Below, one piece after another: positions 25,271 through 39,200 of a DNA stretch of 64,000 bases (within the stretch, counting starts at the first letter, position 1; each line of letters begins with the position of its first letter). The DNA is taken from the NCBI GenBank assembly GCA_965153285.1, contig OZ229115.1. One strand, written 5' to 3'. The stretch is from Podarcis tiliguerta. Taxonomy: Eukaryota. Below the pieces are notes generated by a model. The model searched no databases, was not told the origin of the DNA, and saw only the letters and a list, made by a program, of their open reading frames with translations. Both the position numbers and the translations under genes were made by a program.

Positions 25271-25502
25271 GCTAGTTGGCCCCAAAACCTGCCCTAAGGC
25301 GTATTAGTTTCTACTAAGTGTTTAATATTATTTAAAGGGTTTGTTTTATTTAGAGATGAGGGGGACGGCTAGACTGGCAGGTAGTTGTCATAGAAGAATG
25401 CTAGATTTGTACCAAAATACAGAAAAGAAAAGAAAAATACACCCGTATGAAAGGATATACAATTCCTTCCTTATGAAAATCAAACTGGTTGCAAACTTGC
25501 AA

Positions 25503-25505
<3 letters not shown>

Positions 25506-25534
<29 letters not shown>
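25506..25534. repeat. (GA)n microsatellite upstream of the RH2 promoter
   Basis: Seen directly. Confidence 0.95.
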
Positions 25535-25536
<2 letters not shown>

Positions 25537-26289
25537 AACAAGGTGCCCTGCAGATGTTATTGGGCTACCGTTTTCATCATTCCCTCAACTTTGACAGCTG
25601 AGGAACACAGAGGAGAACTTCTAATGTGGACCTCAAAGTTAGGCAGGTTCATAACAAGACAGCTGAGGATCCTCTTAGCTGAGGATATTACCATATGCTA
25701 TCTAGAAACAAAACAGGTTCAAAGGATGACATCACCTGAGAGAGAACCTTCTTGTTGGTGGTCCTCAGGCTGTGGAATGGCCTCTGCCCAGAGGTGTGTC
25801 TTGCACCACCAATGTATACTTTTTGATGATGGGTCACAATGCACTTCTTTACCCAGATCTTTGGCTGAGTGTATGTCTTCCCACATTTCTGTACACTGCT
25901 ATGCACCTCTTCTCTGTGTTGCTGTTTTGTTCTTCTGATATTGGCCGGCTTTGTGGTTTTATTTTATGGTTTTTATTGCTCCTTGGACTAACTTCAATTG
26001 TGATATTTTTGTAACCCACCCTGGTGCCATTTGGTGGAGGGAAAGCTGTAAGTATAAATAAATAAATTTGACAACACAGAGGGTGTGGTGGGAAATGCTG
26101 AGGGCTGCCAAATGGTTTTGAAACCCTGATTTGGGGCAAACATGGTAATTATTCTGTACCTTCAGAGGAATATTTCTCTGGTAGAAAATCAGAAACCAGA
26201 ATATGTTGGTACCCCAACCTTTTCTCACATACACTATGATGCTGCTGCTGCTGTTTGGTTACATGTATATCGCACCTTTCCTCCAATGA

Positions 26290-26450
26290 GTTCTGGGTGT
26301 CATACATGGTTCTTTGCATTCTGTCCTCCTAATGACACTGGGGTGTGGGTTAGTCTGAGAGTGAGAATGGCCTAAGGTCACCCAGTGAGTTTCACAGTCG
26401 AACAGGGAGTTGAACCTGGATCTACCAGTCCAACACCCTATCCACCCTAG
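26290..26450 (-). mobile_element. Older, diverged CORE/MIR-like SINE
   Basis: Contains AAGGTCACCCAG core and a degenerate B box, similar to the two young SINE copies; boundaries approximate. Confidence 0.55.
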
Positions 26451-28311
26451 CTCTCCAGTTTTTGACTTTGTTTGTGCCAATACTTTGTGTTTATTTGATC
26501 CAGGGAGGCAGTGGCGTGTTCTTCACCTCTGTAGATGAGCTTTCCTCATGACCTACTTCAGCATTTCGCAAAGTGTAGCTGGCAAGGGTCATCTATTTTC
26601 TTATTGGGGATCTTCTTTGCACTTTGTAATCTTACGCTTTGCCACTTAGTGTAATACCTTAGCCTAATTTAGCAGAAGTTGAATCTTAGATGGAAGACTA
26701 TGGAAAGTATGTCAGAGATGGGCCGTGCTGCAGATGCTTGAAGCACAGGGACAGGCCATCTGCCATGCTGTAGCTGTTCAAAGGTGCGAAACTTCATTAC
26801 ATGGAATCTGACATTTCTGGTACTATATTAATCATTCGGTTTCACACTGTCCTCACTGGGATTGCACTGTTAAAAAAAAAAAAGGATAGCACTAGAATGT
26901 TAAGATTTCCTTTCCTTGGTCTAGTTCATTAATTTTTTCCTTTTCTTTTCTGTGAACTCTCGGGTACCCAACCAAGCAGCCTGTGGAGCTTTTCCAGAAA
27001 AGACCCTAAGCACCAATCCCTGGAATCAGAAAACAGAAGCCCTACTCCAGTCTCTCACACATGATGGAATTCTGAGGCACCCTTCACTGATTTGCAGGTA
27101 GTATTTTCCCCCAATGCAGTCTCAGTCACACGCTCTGAATGAAAGTAACAAGAAAGTTTGCTTTATGTCCCAACATAGAGGCAGGGCTCCATTTGGTATT
27201 CTGGCCATCTCTCTGGAAGCTTGAAGAAGGTCACTGGGTTCTTCCCCTGCTGCTCACCTTCCCCGCCCTGACAAAACTCCTCCTCAGGAAATGAGGTGCC
27301 AATCATCACCATGCAGCTTTGCAGGGATTGGAGGGTTTTAGAAGCTCTTTGGCTGTTGCTTCTAATATCCTCTTGACAGGTTGCCCTTAAATGTGCAAGA
27401 AGGAAAGTTATCCAATGGCTCTATGTGTGCCACACGTCCTCTTTTATCTGCCATAAGCATCTATGGAACATACATCTAAGGAATCGGTGTCTGAGCAGTC
27501 CACACCCTTCAAGTTGGTTACCTTCCCAATTATCCAGAAACCTGTGGCTCAACCTTTCCGTTAGATTGTGCCAAATTTCAAGAAAGCAGGAAACTTAACA
27601 CAAATAGTGGTGCTGATATACTATTCATTATTCAGATGGGCACTCACAACAATAGTCTGGGGAGGGAGAGTAGCATCAAGAAGATAAGAAACTCCCCAAA
27701 ACAAGGAAAGGTTTTGAAATAGAGAAATTTATTGGGAAATATAGTGGCCCTGTGTGTCCTGGTGTTTCACCTTCTATGGGGGGGGGGGGAGAAACATGTT
27801 TTCAATTAACTAATGCAATAAATTGAACAGAATCCTTTGGCCCCCAAACATGGATACACCTTAGGCATTCTGGGTTTCTCAATAAACCTCTTCATTTTAA
27901 GCATCATTTTGAAGTGTTGTGGAAGTGTCAGCTTCTATTCTGAACAAATTTGGTGGACTCCAGAAAAAAAATGAGTTTTGGTCTCTCCAAAACCTTGAAG
28001 CAAAATATGGGGCTATATCCATCTCTGCAGCTCCACTGGCACAACAGACTTCTATGTGTGCAAGTGAGCATTGTCTTTCTCTCCTGTCTCTTCTACTCAC
28101 ACCCAGGCACCCTCAAAACCAGTACTGGAGAGTTATGGAATACTTTAGAGCAGATTTTTGGGGATGATAAGAAATGGAAGTTCCATTTCACCTGCAAAAC
28201 TACACATAGAGAGCATTATATACAATCTAAAGAAACTATGTTTTTAGTGGATTTAGCAATATATTTTGTCAATGATAGGCTCTGAAATTATCTTCACTAA
28301 AATGTCTAGCA

Positions 28312-28637
28312 CAGGGGTGGCCAACTCTCCAAAGACTTCTTTCAGAATTAAAAACTGGCAGTGATCTACCTGCGCTTTTGGGGGTTAAAAGTGAAGGACA
28401 AAGGTGTAAAGTCACTTACAAAAAAATAGCTATGGATGAAAACAGCAGCGCAGAGAAAGCTCCGTCTTCCCTTCCAGAGATCAAACAACAATGGAGAGCA
28501 ATGGAGAGCAGGGCAAGAGGGTGAGAAGGAGTCAGTTTTAGTGGCGCTAAGGAAAGGGGACCAGAGATTGACCACGATCTACCAAAACCTCGCAGGGATC
28601 TACCAGTAGATCGCGATCGACCCGTTGGACATCCCTG
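28312..28637. mobile_element. Non-autonomous hAT transposon
   Basis: Perfect 8-bp TSD GTCTAGCA (28304-28311, 28638-28645); TIRs CAGGGGTGGCCAAC / GTTGGACATCCCTG. Confidence 0.9.
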
Positions 28638-30456
28638 GTCTAGCACATTCAAGGCTTGATGACATCCCAGGCTTCTCACAGTGAATGAGGCCTAGTGTTG
28701 GCTGGGTGACCAGACTGTGTGCATGGATAAAAGAAGGCAATGCCCTCATCCCATTAATATTAGGTACCAATGTACCTAATGTATGGATCTGCAATCCAAT
28801 AGAAATTGTCAGGTTCCAAATGCAGTTCTTTAATGAGTCCACCACATCCAGACCCACCTTTGGCAGGCACAAAATCTTAATTGACTGGGCAGGAATGCCT
28901 CTGCCTGTTTCACAACCCAGATTTTCAAACCACAATGTTCTTTTTATGATTTCTTTTCCCAGGGTACTGAAAGATATGAGAGGAAAGGAAAAACATGAGA
29001 TGCTCTATAAAATTCCTAAGTATGTGTTGCAAAGTTAGGATTCCCTAAGTCTCAGGGGCTTCATTTCTACTTGCTACTTCAGTCTACCCCATAAAAGCCT
29101 AGTAAATTCACATCTGTGCAATTGAAAAGAAATAAACAGATGTAATTAACCCCAGCGAGCCTTTCCTGGCTCTCTAATTCAGTTTCAGGATTTCAGCCAC
29201 AAACTGATCACAGATTAACTCAGAAAAATGGTAGTGGAGAAGCTCGCTTTTTATGTCATCATGTATCCTTTCTGCGTTTCTCATCAGGAAGGATCTGTCA
29301 TGGGACTTCATGCCACCAGCTTTTTATAGAAATCCAATTTAGTCTCATAATTTGTCGATGTGGGCTGTCACTGATATATGACATCAGACAGTCACAGCCC
29401 CCTGCAGATGACTTGCTAATATTCACAGCAGACTGAAAAGCTGAGCCCCAATAAAATAGCTTTAAAAAGAACTCATCATATGAATGTTTGCCCAAGTCCT
29501 GTGGCTTCATGCTGCTACTACTGTGTGCATATGAAGCCACAGACAGAGATCCTCGGTGTTAGATTGTCCTGCAATGGCTCCAGCCAGCTAAAAATGTGTA
29601 CCCATCAAATGTCCTGGAAAAACCAGGACATCTCAATTTTTTCTCACAACAGCATAGCGGCCATTTTAGGTGTTGTGATCTCATGTGAGTTCCTCCCCCC
29701 CCCCAAAAAAAGTGGCTTTCTTGAGGCTGTGATCTCATGTGGCACCCCAAAACACGTGTTTTAGGGCACTGTGCTCCCCCCAAAAAAAACGCTTTTTCGG
29801 GGGTGGCACAAAATTGCATGAGATCATGGTGCCCAAAATGGCTGCCATGCTCTCATGAGAAAAAATGGCATCCTGGAAGATGGAATCCTGGTTTCTGCAT
29901 TCGACATGTGGGAGGGTACGAAAAAGTAGAAGGGTTGCAGTTCTTACTCTGGTGAGTGCTTAAAATACTGCAAGATCCAGCAAAATAACAAATGTTCTCA
30001 TTTGTTATCTCATCTCATCTCTTCACTGAAATATGTATTGCTGGTGGAACATGGCAGGGGGCGCTGCATTGCTGACCTGGCTTTCCAGTGATCTGTATCA
30101 CTGCTATTTCCCAACAGGAGGAGCGGGCAGAGCTTGGTGTGGTGCAGGTACAGCAGCAGAGGCATTTTGATGCTTGTAGCGCTGCACCAAAACCACACTG
30201 AGCTTCTGGCTGCCTTGCCAGTTTCCCTCTTAGTAACCTGTGGCAACATGAGGCATTGAGAAGCCAGATGAACAATGTAGCCCTGCCTGTGCTGCCTCAC
30301 CAGCTGTTACTGGCTGTGCCCCAATCTTTAAGACCTAAGGCACAACACTGTTTTAGAGTCTGGTGGGTGAAAGGAACAATTCTAACACCCTGCCAAGTGA
30401 GGCATAACAGAGTGGGGAGGGGTTGCCAGTACATCAAAAGCCCTGCCATATGTAAT

Positions 30457-30974
30457 CAGGGCCATCTTTAGCATATGCAGCGCCGGGGTGCCCAGCACCC
30501 CCAATTTGGGGGGGCAGGCCAAGATGTTGTTGAGCTTTTTTTTGGGGGGGACACAACTCTTTCCCATGCCACTGTGGGTGAAAGGGGGGAGCAATCCCCG
30601 CAGAAGCTTGGGAGGGAAACTGCGCACCTGCCAGCCATATGGGTGGTGGGTCTCTCCCATGCCACTGTGGGCAGAGGTTTGGGAGGGAAGCTGCACACCT
30701 TGTGTGAGCACCGTGCATGTGCTGGCGGGCCTCACAATGGCCTGCCAATCCCAGGCGTGCAGGAGAGCGGAGCCGGCAAGCTGCCTCGGTGCCCGCAGCA
30801 GAAAAGCCTGCGGTGCTCCAACAGGCTCTGCTCCGCTCAGCAGTGGCTATCGGCTGGCCTGGCTCTTCAATCCCTGGACTCCAAATCTTGGTCCTGGACT
30901 CTCGGCCTGGTGCCCCTGAGAGCCCGGCACCCGGGTGCCCCGCATGTCTAGCGCCTATGGGTAATCCAGCCCTG
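30457..30974. mobile_element. GC-rich non-autonomous hAT transposon
   Basis: 8-bp TSD TATGTAAT / TGTGTAAT; CAGGGC termini; internal duplicated TCCCATGCCACTGTGGG. Confidence 0.8.
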
Positions 30975-33900
30975 TGTGTAATGGCTAGGGTGGAAGATGG
31001 GGGAGAAGGACCCAAATTGCTACACAGGGCTGGGCAAATCTGTCCATTCTGATTTCTCCTAGTTTCTAGTTTTCCCAGCCTTACATTCAGTTCCCCACCT
31101 TTTCGCATCAGTTTGCAAATTGTTTTTTAAAAGCCCTCCGTAAAATTCATCAGCATTTAACTGCACATTTCATTTTCATATGCATTTTTTTCCAATATAG
31201 CACATTTTTAATGTTGTTTTCATTAATATATTCATTTGAATTCACACTTCCCCCAAACAGATGCATTTTTGCATACATTACTTGGCTGGAGAATGGCATT
31301 GCAAAATTTGGAGATGTGTGAAATTCAAAGGATGGCTGTGTTTCAGGAAGTGTGAATGAGGCAGGTTGACCTTTGATTGCAAACTGAATCTAGCTTTACT
31401 TAATGTTGGAGTAGCAAGCAATATTTTCCTACTCCTTGTCTCAAGCTTGGAGTATTTCCTCAGGGACTTCTCTGTCCTTCTGCTCCTAAGCTGATGTAGG
31501 GCCATGGCCAGCTATCCCCTCCTCAGATTCTTGTTCTCCTAACTGGACTTCTCTCCAGCTTTTCTGCTTCCACTCCAACTTTGGGTTCTCAATTTTGCTT
31601 CAAAGGTCCATTAAGGGTGTCTGTGTTTCACTTTGCACATTGTTTTGGAAAGATTAAATAGGCTTGCATTTCAGTGTGGACCAAATCTAATTTCTCCTCC
31701 AGCAACTCTAGCCTGCCCTGATCTCTCCTTGCCATTTTCAATGGAAGGGGCAGGTCCTGTTTCCCTCTGTAGGCAGCGTCCAATGGGAGTCTGATGGAGG
31801 CTGATAGGGCTGAGTAGAGTGACACCTCTACCCAGTCCAACACACACACACCCAGACAACCTAATGCAGAGGGACTTCAGCTTACTCTGTAAGTCATTTT
31901 TATGATGCTGTTTATTATGCAATTTATGGGAATTTTGCTAATGTTTCTCTTTTGTGTTTATTTTTAATATGACCTTCATTTTGCAAACGCCGCAAGACAT
32001 AACTGAGTAAGCTGATCAATAAATTAATGTACCAGCCCAACTATGCATACACAATCCACAGAAAGCAACTGGGCTTGTAATGCAATCCTATGAATCAGTT
32101 GAGTTCAATGAGGCTTATTTCCAGGTATGTGTACATACAGTAGAGTTGTAGCTTTAAAGACATACAGCTGTGTTGGATCTGTCAGCTGTAGGGTGACAAA
32201 AGAAAGTTGGCAATACTTTTTCTCAAACAAACATAGCCCATGCCTGCAGCAGTTCCTGCAATAAATTGAACTCCAAGGGTTCTAAAGAAGTATGAATCCC
32301 GTTATCAGGACTTGCCTTATTGCTACTGTGCAAATACAGCGAGATGTCCCAGTCCTATGCAATTTTAGTTTTCAAACCTGCAAATAATTTCTCGAAGCAA
32401 AAGATAAACATAGTTGGGGGTTTTTACTTCTAAGATGTGCTGAGCAAATGTGGACTCATAGAGTAGGTGATCCGCTTAAGAGAAGAGAGGGAAAATACGC
32501 CTGGCAGATATTTTCCCACATACAGTTTTTTAAATGGTGTTTTTAGCCAGCCCTTTGAGAGCCAAAATATGAGGAATGAATATTACCACCCCCCCACACA
32601 CACACACACACCCTTCCATTTAAGAGACACAACAGTCATCATTCCTTATGGCCCGGAAATCTGAGCGGTTATATCTCAGGGTATAACCATATATTTTCAC
32701 TACTTTATGGTATATAAAGTTAGTATCATGTGCAAACTGCTTCAGAGGAATGGCCTGCAACATGGAACAGCCTCTCTACAAATGTGAAGCCATTTTGTCC
32801 CAGAAACTTGAAGCCATCACCCTCCTACATTTCACAGTTGTAAACAGTAACAGGCATGCAACACCTCAGTTGTCCATTTGAAGGATGACTCCCATAGCCC
32901 CACCTCCTCCATTATGACACCTCACTGAAGGCTCTTAATGACCTGCTGTGGCTGATCTTTTCCATTACTCTGCAGCAACCTGCCCAGCTGATTTAAAAGC
33001 CAAGCATGCGTTTGCACCTTAGGCTACAGATATACTATAAAACATAATTGTCCTAAAATAGGTTAATTTATCTGTATTACATATGTCTCAGCAGCAGCTA
33101 CAGTGTGTAATATGGTAGGCTGTGCATCACAAGTAGCTTATCACTCATGTACATGGATTTACAGGCACATGCTTAGGGTGGACGGATACAAAAGAGGACC
33201 ATTGTGTAGATGAAGGGGTTGTCATACAAGCTCCACCTGCTGAAACGCCCCTCTTCTACACAGCTATGAAAAGTTCAGGAGGAGCCCTGTACCTGGACAC
33301 TATATGCGTGCAAGACAAGTTGTGACCACTCACCGTTCACGAGATACAGAGTGCAATCCCATCTATATCCATGTCTACTGGGACTTATTCCTAGGTAAAT
33401 AAGAATAGGATTGTGCTCTTAGGCTGAATTTCTATAGACAGTTACTGGGAGTAAGCCTCATGGAACTTAATGAGATTTGCTTCTGAGCAGGATTAAGAGA
33501 GCACTGTTAACTTCTAGAAACTCTGGGGAAGGAAATCAACCACAAAGAAGGTGTTCCTGGTAAATAGGGACATTTGGAAAGCCTAGGAACCATTTCAGGG
33601 ATGTGGAACTTGTGGCCCACTCATCACCCTGATCATTGGCCATGCTGCCTGGGGCTCAACCCTAACTTACTTGGAACTTCAAACCATGGATAGATAAAGG
33701 AGCAAGGAGAACTTCAAACCATGGATAGATCATGCAAGGAGAATAAGTAAATCCAAACCGAAACCCTCCAAATTGTCTACTGCTTGCCTTCTCACAGCCT
33801 GTTCTCTTTAACTGGAGGCCTTCCTGAAACGAGCAAAGGATCCAAACCTTGTAAGGAGAGCTCTCTGTCTAATCTGTGGCGTTTGCCGGGTTTCATTGCC

Positions 33901-34781
33901 CTAATCCAATTCTGTAATCTCTCATTCCTTTTCCCCTCCCCTCTGCCAGGATGAGAGAGATGGAAAAAGTCAACGTCATGTAGATGAAGGAACTGGATTG
34001 TCCCCAAAGCTCTGTGAGCACTGAGCAAAGGTGGGGGGAGGTTTTGTAGCAGAGGCTTCCAGGAAAGAACAGAAGGCCAGAGAGTAGGAACAATATCTGC
34101 ATCACCTGCATGTTCTGATCCTTTAAAAGGACAGAGAACTAGGACACCTCTGATAAAGCACAGAAAGATCAGGCCATGGCACTCAAGCATCAGGCTGCAC
34201 CTGGTGATCTATGGACACCACATGGGGAGGTTCTGCTTCTTGGGTTGGCATTACAATGTGAGGATTGCATTGCTCGTAATACAGAGGTTTCATGAGTAAC
34301 TACCATGCTAAGAGCCATTAACTGAATCATGCCCCATTGATTTGTCTAATCCTTTAAAAAAATCATCTAAAACTACTGGCCATCATCTGGTGGCAATTGA
34401 ATCCATATGTTAATTATGTATTATGTGAAGAAACATTTCCTTTTGCTTATCCTGAACCAGCTGTCAATCAATTTCATTTCATTAGATGGTCCCAAGTGCT
34501 TCTTTGCTAGCAACAGTGCGGGCTGCCTCCAAGGCAAATATTTATTTCAAAGGAAAATGCCACTTCTACTTTGTATATTCACATTTTCAGCAGGGAAATC
34601 CAAATCAAAACATCAAAATGCTATCCTTAACTAACCACGGAATCCATGATTATCTCACCCTCTCTCTATGTGAGTTACAGTGTTTGACTCACAGTTATGC
34701 AATTCTGAATTTTTAGGATCCACTGATCAAATACCGCTAATTCTTTGGAATCCATGCCATACCTAAATGGATATTCTGTTG

Positions 34782-34788
34782 GATAGAT

Positions 34789-34831
<43 letters not shown>

Positions 34832-34849
34832 GATAGATGATAGATAGAT
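34782..34849. repeat. (GATA)n microsatellite
   Basis: Seen directly. Confidence 0.95.
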
Positions 34850-35479
34850 CTCTTCTTTGCTAATAAAGATAAGTCAGATTTCTTATTTGGCTCTGTGCTT
34901 CTTCCACTGTGTCCGCTAGATATTGCATTCTAGTGTCTTTCTATGTGCCCAATCTTCACTTAAGAGTAATAGATAAATGCTGAAGTCCTTACTTGACATG
35001 GATTTAGAGTTATCATCAGGTCAGCAATAGGCAGGCAACAGCTGAAGACCTCAGCTAAACTCAGGGGAGAAAAATGATACAGGTCAATTGACTGGCTTTC
35101 CAGTGCATATCTGGACATGAACTAGGTTCTCCCCAACTTTCTCTTCACTAGTAATAGAGTTGGGAAGTGATATATTTAATCCAAAGCTCGTTAGGGTATA
35201 TCCAGATGCCTGAAACTGCTGCCTCCCCACTCAAATCCTGTATACCTCCTTGCCTATAAAAAGGAGAGAGCTACAATCACTTTGAAAAACTGCATATCAA
35301 AGGTTCTTGTTAAAACATTCATTTATTTATTTTTAAAACTGGTTGTAAACTGCCTCAAGTACAGACCAGTACAGTATCATTAACAATGGACTATTCAATA
35401 GCCTGCTGCAAGAGATTTTGAGAAGCACTTTGAGGACAAAATTGCTTGGAACTGTGCCAAATTTAATGTCACAATTAGT

Positions 35480-36194
35480 TCAGGCTTGTTGGAAGTCCCT
35501 GAAGCACTGCCATGGGATCAGTTTCAGTTGCTGCAGCCTGATAATATGGACAAGACACTTGCAGCCTTAAGACTGAATATGTGGACTCTCAATCCCTGCC
35601 CACCATGGCTGGTAAAATCTAGCAGGAGGTGATTGGTTGGCTGGGTCCACGAAGTGGCTAATGCCTCACTGCAGGAGACAGCTGAAGCCCCTCTTGAAAA
35701 GGTCCTCCCTAGATCCAAAGCTTGTATAAAATTACCACCCAGTTTCTAATATTCCCTTCATGGGTAAGATGATCAAGAAGTGGCCAACCAGCTGCATGTA
35801 TGTTTGGAGGAAGCAAGTCATCTAGGTTTCCTATTTCAAAATAGCTTCAGGCCAGTTTTAGCCCTGAAACAGCCTTCGTTGCCCTGATTGATGACCTTCA
35901 TTGGAAGAGGGACAATGGGAGGGCAACTCTTTTGGTTCTTCTTGATCTGTCAGTGGCTTTCGACACCATTGGCCATGCATGGTGTCAGCCTAGAATGACC
36001 CAGGGAAGTGGGAGTTGGAGGTGTTGTATTACAGTAGCTCTGCTTCTACCTGCTGCATTACTACCAGGAAGTAACACTAGGAGTCAGTTGTAAAGCTTCG
36101 TGGCTTTTGGGCAGTGGGGTCCATTCTGTCTCCTATGCTCTTCTATATGAAGCCACTGGGAGCAATCATCCGGGGGGTTGTGGCACAGTGTTAT

Positions 36195-36249
<55 letters not shown>

Positions 36250-36290
36250 CCATCTGAATCAGGAGAGGCTGTGCCGTCCCTAGAAACCAT
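35480..36290 (+). mobile_element. Degraded L2-clade LINE reverse transcriptase fragment
   Basis: FRP.FSPETA..ALIDDL...LLVLLDLSVAFDTI motif near 35840-35970; frameshifted; contains a (TC)n expansion. Confidence 0.75.
36198..36245. repeat. (TC)n microsatellite
   Basis: Seen directly. Confidence 0.95.
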
Positions 36291-39200
36291 CTTTCATGGA
36301 AAACATCCTTGGAAGCTTCCATAAAACAATATAGTATACATAATCAAACATATATACATCAAACCATCATTAAAGTAATAAAATCCAGTAACAGGAAAAA
36401 AAATTAAAAATAGTGGAGGGGACCCAATATCAGATAGAATAGCACCCCCATATCTTGTTAAGAAAAAGCAATCTGAAATAATGCTTGTTTATTCATTCAT
36501 CTGAGTTCTTTCACAGCAATCTTTTCAGTTGGGTCTTAGAGTTGTTTAAGCCATTGCAATTAAAAACACATTAAAGTATTAAGATCTAATAATATTTCTG
36601 TGTGCCATGCTGAAATCCAGGAAGTATTTCTCAAGCCTCAGAAATCTAATGCTATTATTCTAATTATGGGCTATTATATGTGTATACCTTATTATTTTCT
36701 GTGAAAATCCTTAGTGCATTAAAATGCATGAGCAAGATTTTTGGATTTCATTCAGGCAACCTACATGGGATTCTGCCTTAGAAGGGATGGGAAAGATCTA
36801 TCCATATGGTGTGTAAACGTCCATCATTGGTCAAAAAAGCCCAAGATAACCACCTGCATTGAACCAAAGGATTCCTCTCAAACAAGGAACATTCCGTTTT
36901 GATCTTTATGGTCCTGTCACTCCCAGTCTTTCTTCTTCTGGTTTTTCAAATGTTACAATGAGCAAAAGCATGCCACCTGAGTTTCTACATCTCATTTAAA
37001 AGAAAGAAACCACCAGAGCTTAACTGTTAAAATCCACCTAATGTCACACAGTTTATTTTCCTGTATTAAGATTTTCAGAAACAAATCTTGAGGAGGGGAT
37101 AACATACCATGAAAAATACCCCTTGTACCGTGAAATAAGCAATTGCTTACTGTGAAAAATATACAGCCTTAATAATTTCATAAACATAAATGACAAGCAC
37201 TCAATTTGGATGCTGGTAATTTACAAACTATACTTTTCAGCCAAGGTTTCAAAGAACTTTATCTCCCATTTAGAATCTCAAGTCTGTCTGGGTTATATTT
37301 TCCAAGGAGTTTAACCACCGTGAACTTCGGCCTCAATGAACCTCAGTTATAATACTGAATGAGATGCCACCATTATTATGATATTGGTGCAGAATGTGCC
37401 CCTTGCACCTTGCCCTCTTGTGCAATATTGGACATAAGCACACTTGCATGACTCCTTTTTCTTTAAGCCTTCACACTCCAAGAAAAGTAAGAAGGATTCG
37501 GGGCTACAAGGCAGCAGGAAACTCAAAGCAAGGTAGCATCTTGCTCTCTGTGAGTTACATTGCTCCTCCATTGATGAAAAGCTCTTTGATCCAATGGAGC
37601 CTTCCATCAGTGGAGCAATGCCCAGGTGGAAATTTGGGAAATGGCAGATTCATGGCAGCCATTTTCCCATAAAAATAGCTCAAAAACTGCATTTTTTGCC
37701 ATTTTGCCCAACTTTTGGACAGCTCTTCTGTCCAGATTTTCACAGCTTGAAATACGGCAGAAGTGGTGACTGCAGCAACAGTGACAGTGGACAGGAAGAC
37801 CTGGAGGCCTTCCTCTCACCTCCCAGGTACCTGAAACAGCATGCCAAGGGCCTTGAAAAATGGAGCTTTCCCTATGGGTGCATTCTGCTGCTCTCTCTGG
37901 TGTTGCTGCAGCCACAGATAAGTGAAACGGATCAGGACCTCCTGAAGCAAGGGCATTCGTATGTTATCAGGAGTGCAAGAGGGTTTTTAGAGTTGAAACT
38001 GGGCTCTGAAAAAATCCTATTGTTCCCGTCTTTGGGGAAAATAGGTTGGCTTAGCAAGCCCAGTCATGAATGAAGCCCGAGGGGGTGGGGGTTAGACATA
38101 CAAGTTATTATACCTCATAGCATTGAAGTTTGTTAAATCCTAGCCTCACATACAACAGATCTGTTGAGATTGGGGTCAATTTATTTCTTCAAAGGTCAGG
38201 AGCATTGTAAGGAGACGACTTTAGATGTCTCTGCAGTGTTACAATCAGCACCCTTGAATGAATCCCCTTCCTGGCCTGAAATGGCTGAGATTCTCTGTGT
38301 TCCCAGTCTGTAAGGCAATCGCTCTGAGCCATCTATGCACCTTTGTGACAAGCTCTGGTATACTCATTTAGGAGGTGAGTGTGTTTGCCTGCCAATCTCA
38401 GTGGTTATGCTCCCTCCAGTGCATAACCCCAGGCCAGGAGATGGAAGCAAAAAAGGAGGAAATGGCTTAGGGAAGGGGGAACAAGAAGGGAATGGACAGC
38501 TTTGATTGCACAATACAGTCTGAAAAGCAGAAAGCTTCTTGGCAAGGACGCTCACTGGGGGTGATAAAACAATGCTATTTTTGGCCCGGGCCTGAGTCAC
38601 TTGAAGAAGATGCGCTGGGGTTTAAATAACAAAAAGTGTGATTTGTTAACACTTCCCAGCCATTCCCCTGAGCCTGCTTTCTATACAAATTGGACCTGTC
38701 CTTCAGTTGCAGTAAACGGGAAGGAGGAGAGTTTGTCAGACTTTGCAGGGGATTTGGTAGCCCCATTAAGATTCTTTTCACCATTTGAAAGCGAGAATCA
38801 CTCCTTCCTGACTAAGGGGGATGACCAGACCTGGTAGCTTCTCCATGACCTCCAATATTATATATGCACTTTAAAATCTGAATTATTATTTGTTAAATTT
38901 ACTAGGTGTGTATTCTTGCCACAGGCAACTCAAAGCAACTTTCCAAAGAAAACAAACCCCAATATTAATATACTGTGTCCCAAAGAGCCGCAAATTCACA
39001 GCTACTCATTCTGGAACGGGGACACTATGGAAACCTTATTTTTATTCAACAGGATAAAACCAGAGTCACTTCCTGTGCTCACCTTAGAAATAATCACTAA
39101 TGATCTCTTTGGGTTAAATCCTGGTACTTCATTAAAGAGGGGCTGTGGATCAGAGTGCCAGGGGATAAATAATGCAACAGGCATTAAGCACTCAGCATTT

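Noticed and set aside
29362-29400. Hairpin GGGCTGTCACTG...CAGTCACAGCCC as a possible miRNA
   Set aside because: Stem of only about 12 bp, too short for a pre-miRNA.
30382-31108. Cluster of long overlapping ORFs (up to 224 aa) and apparent CpG island
   Set aside because: Falls on a GC-rich hAT element with an 8-bp TSD; stop-poor composition explains the ORFs and there is no recognisable protein motif.
33674-33742. 35-bp-spaced direct repeat GAACTTCAAACCATGGATAGAT
   Set aside because: Only two copies, a simple local tandem duplication; not an array and not CRISPR in this eukaryotic context.
37594-38073. 159-aa ORF
   Set aside because: No recognisable domain or supporting splice structure; within chance expectation for this window.
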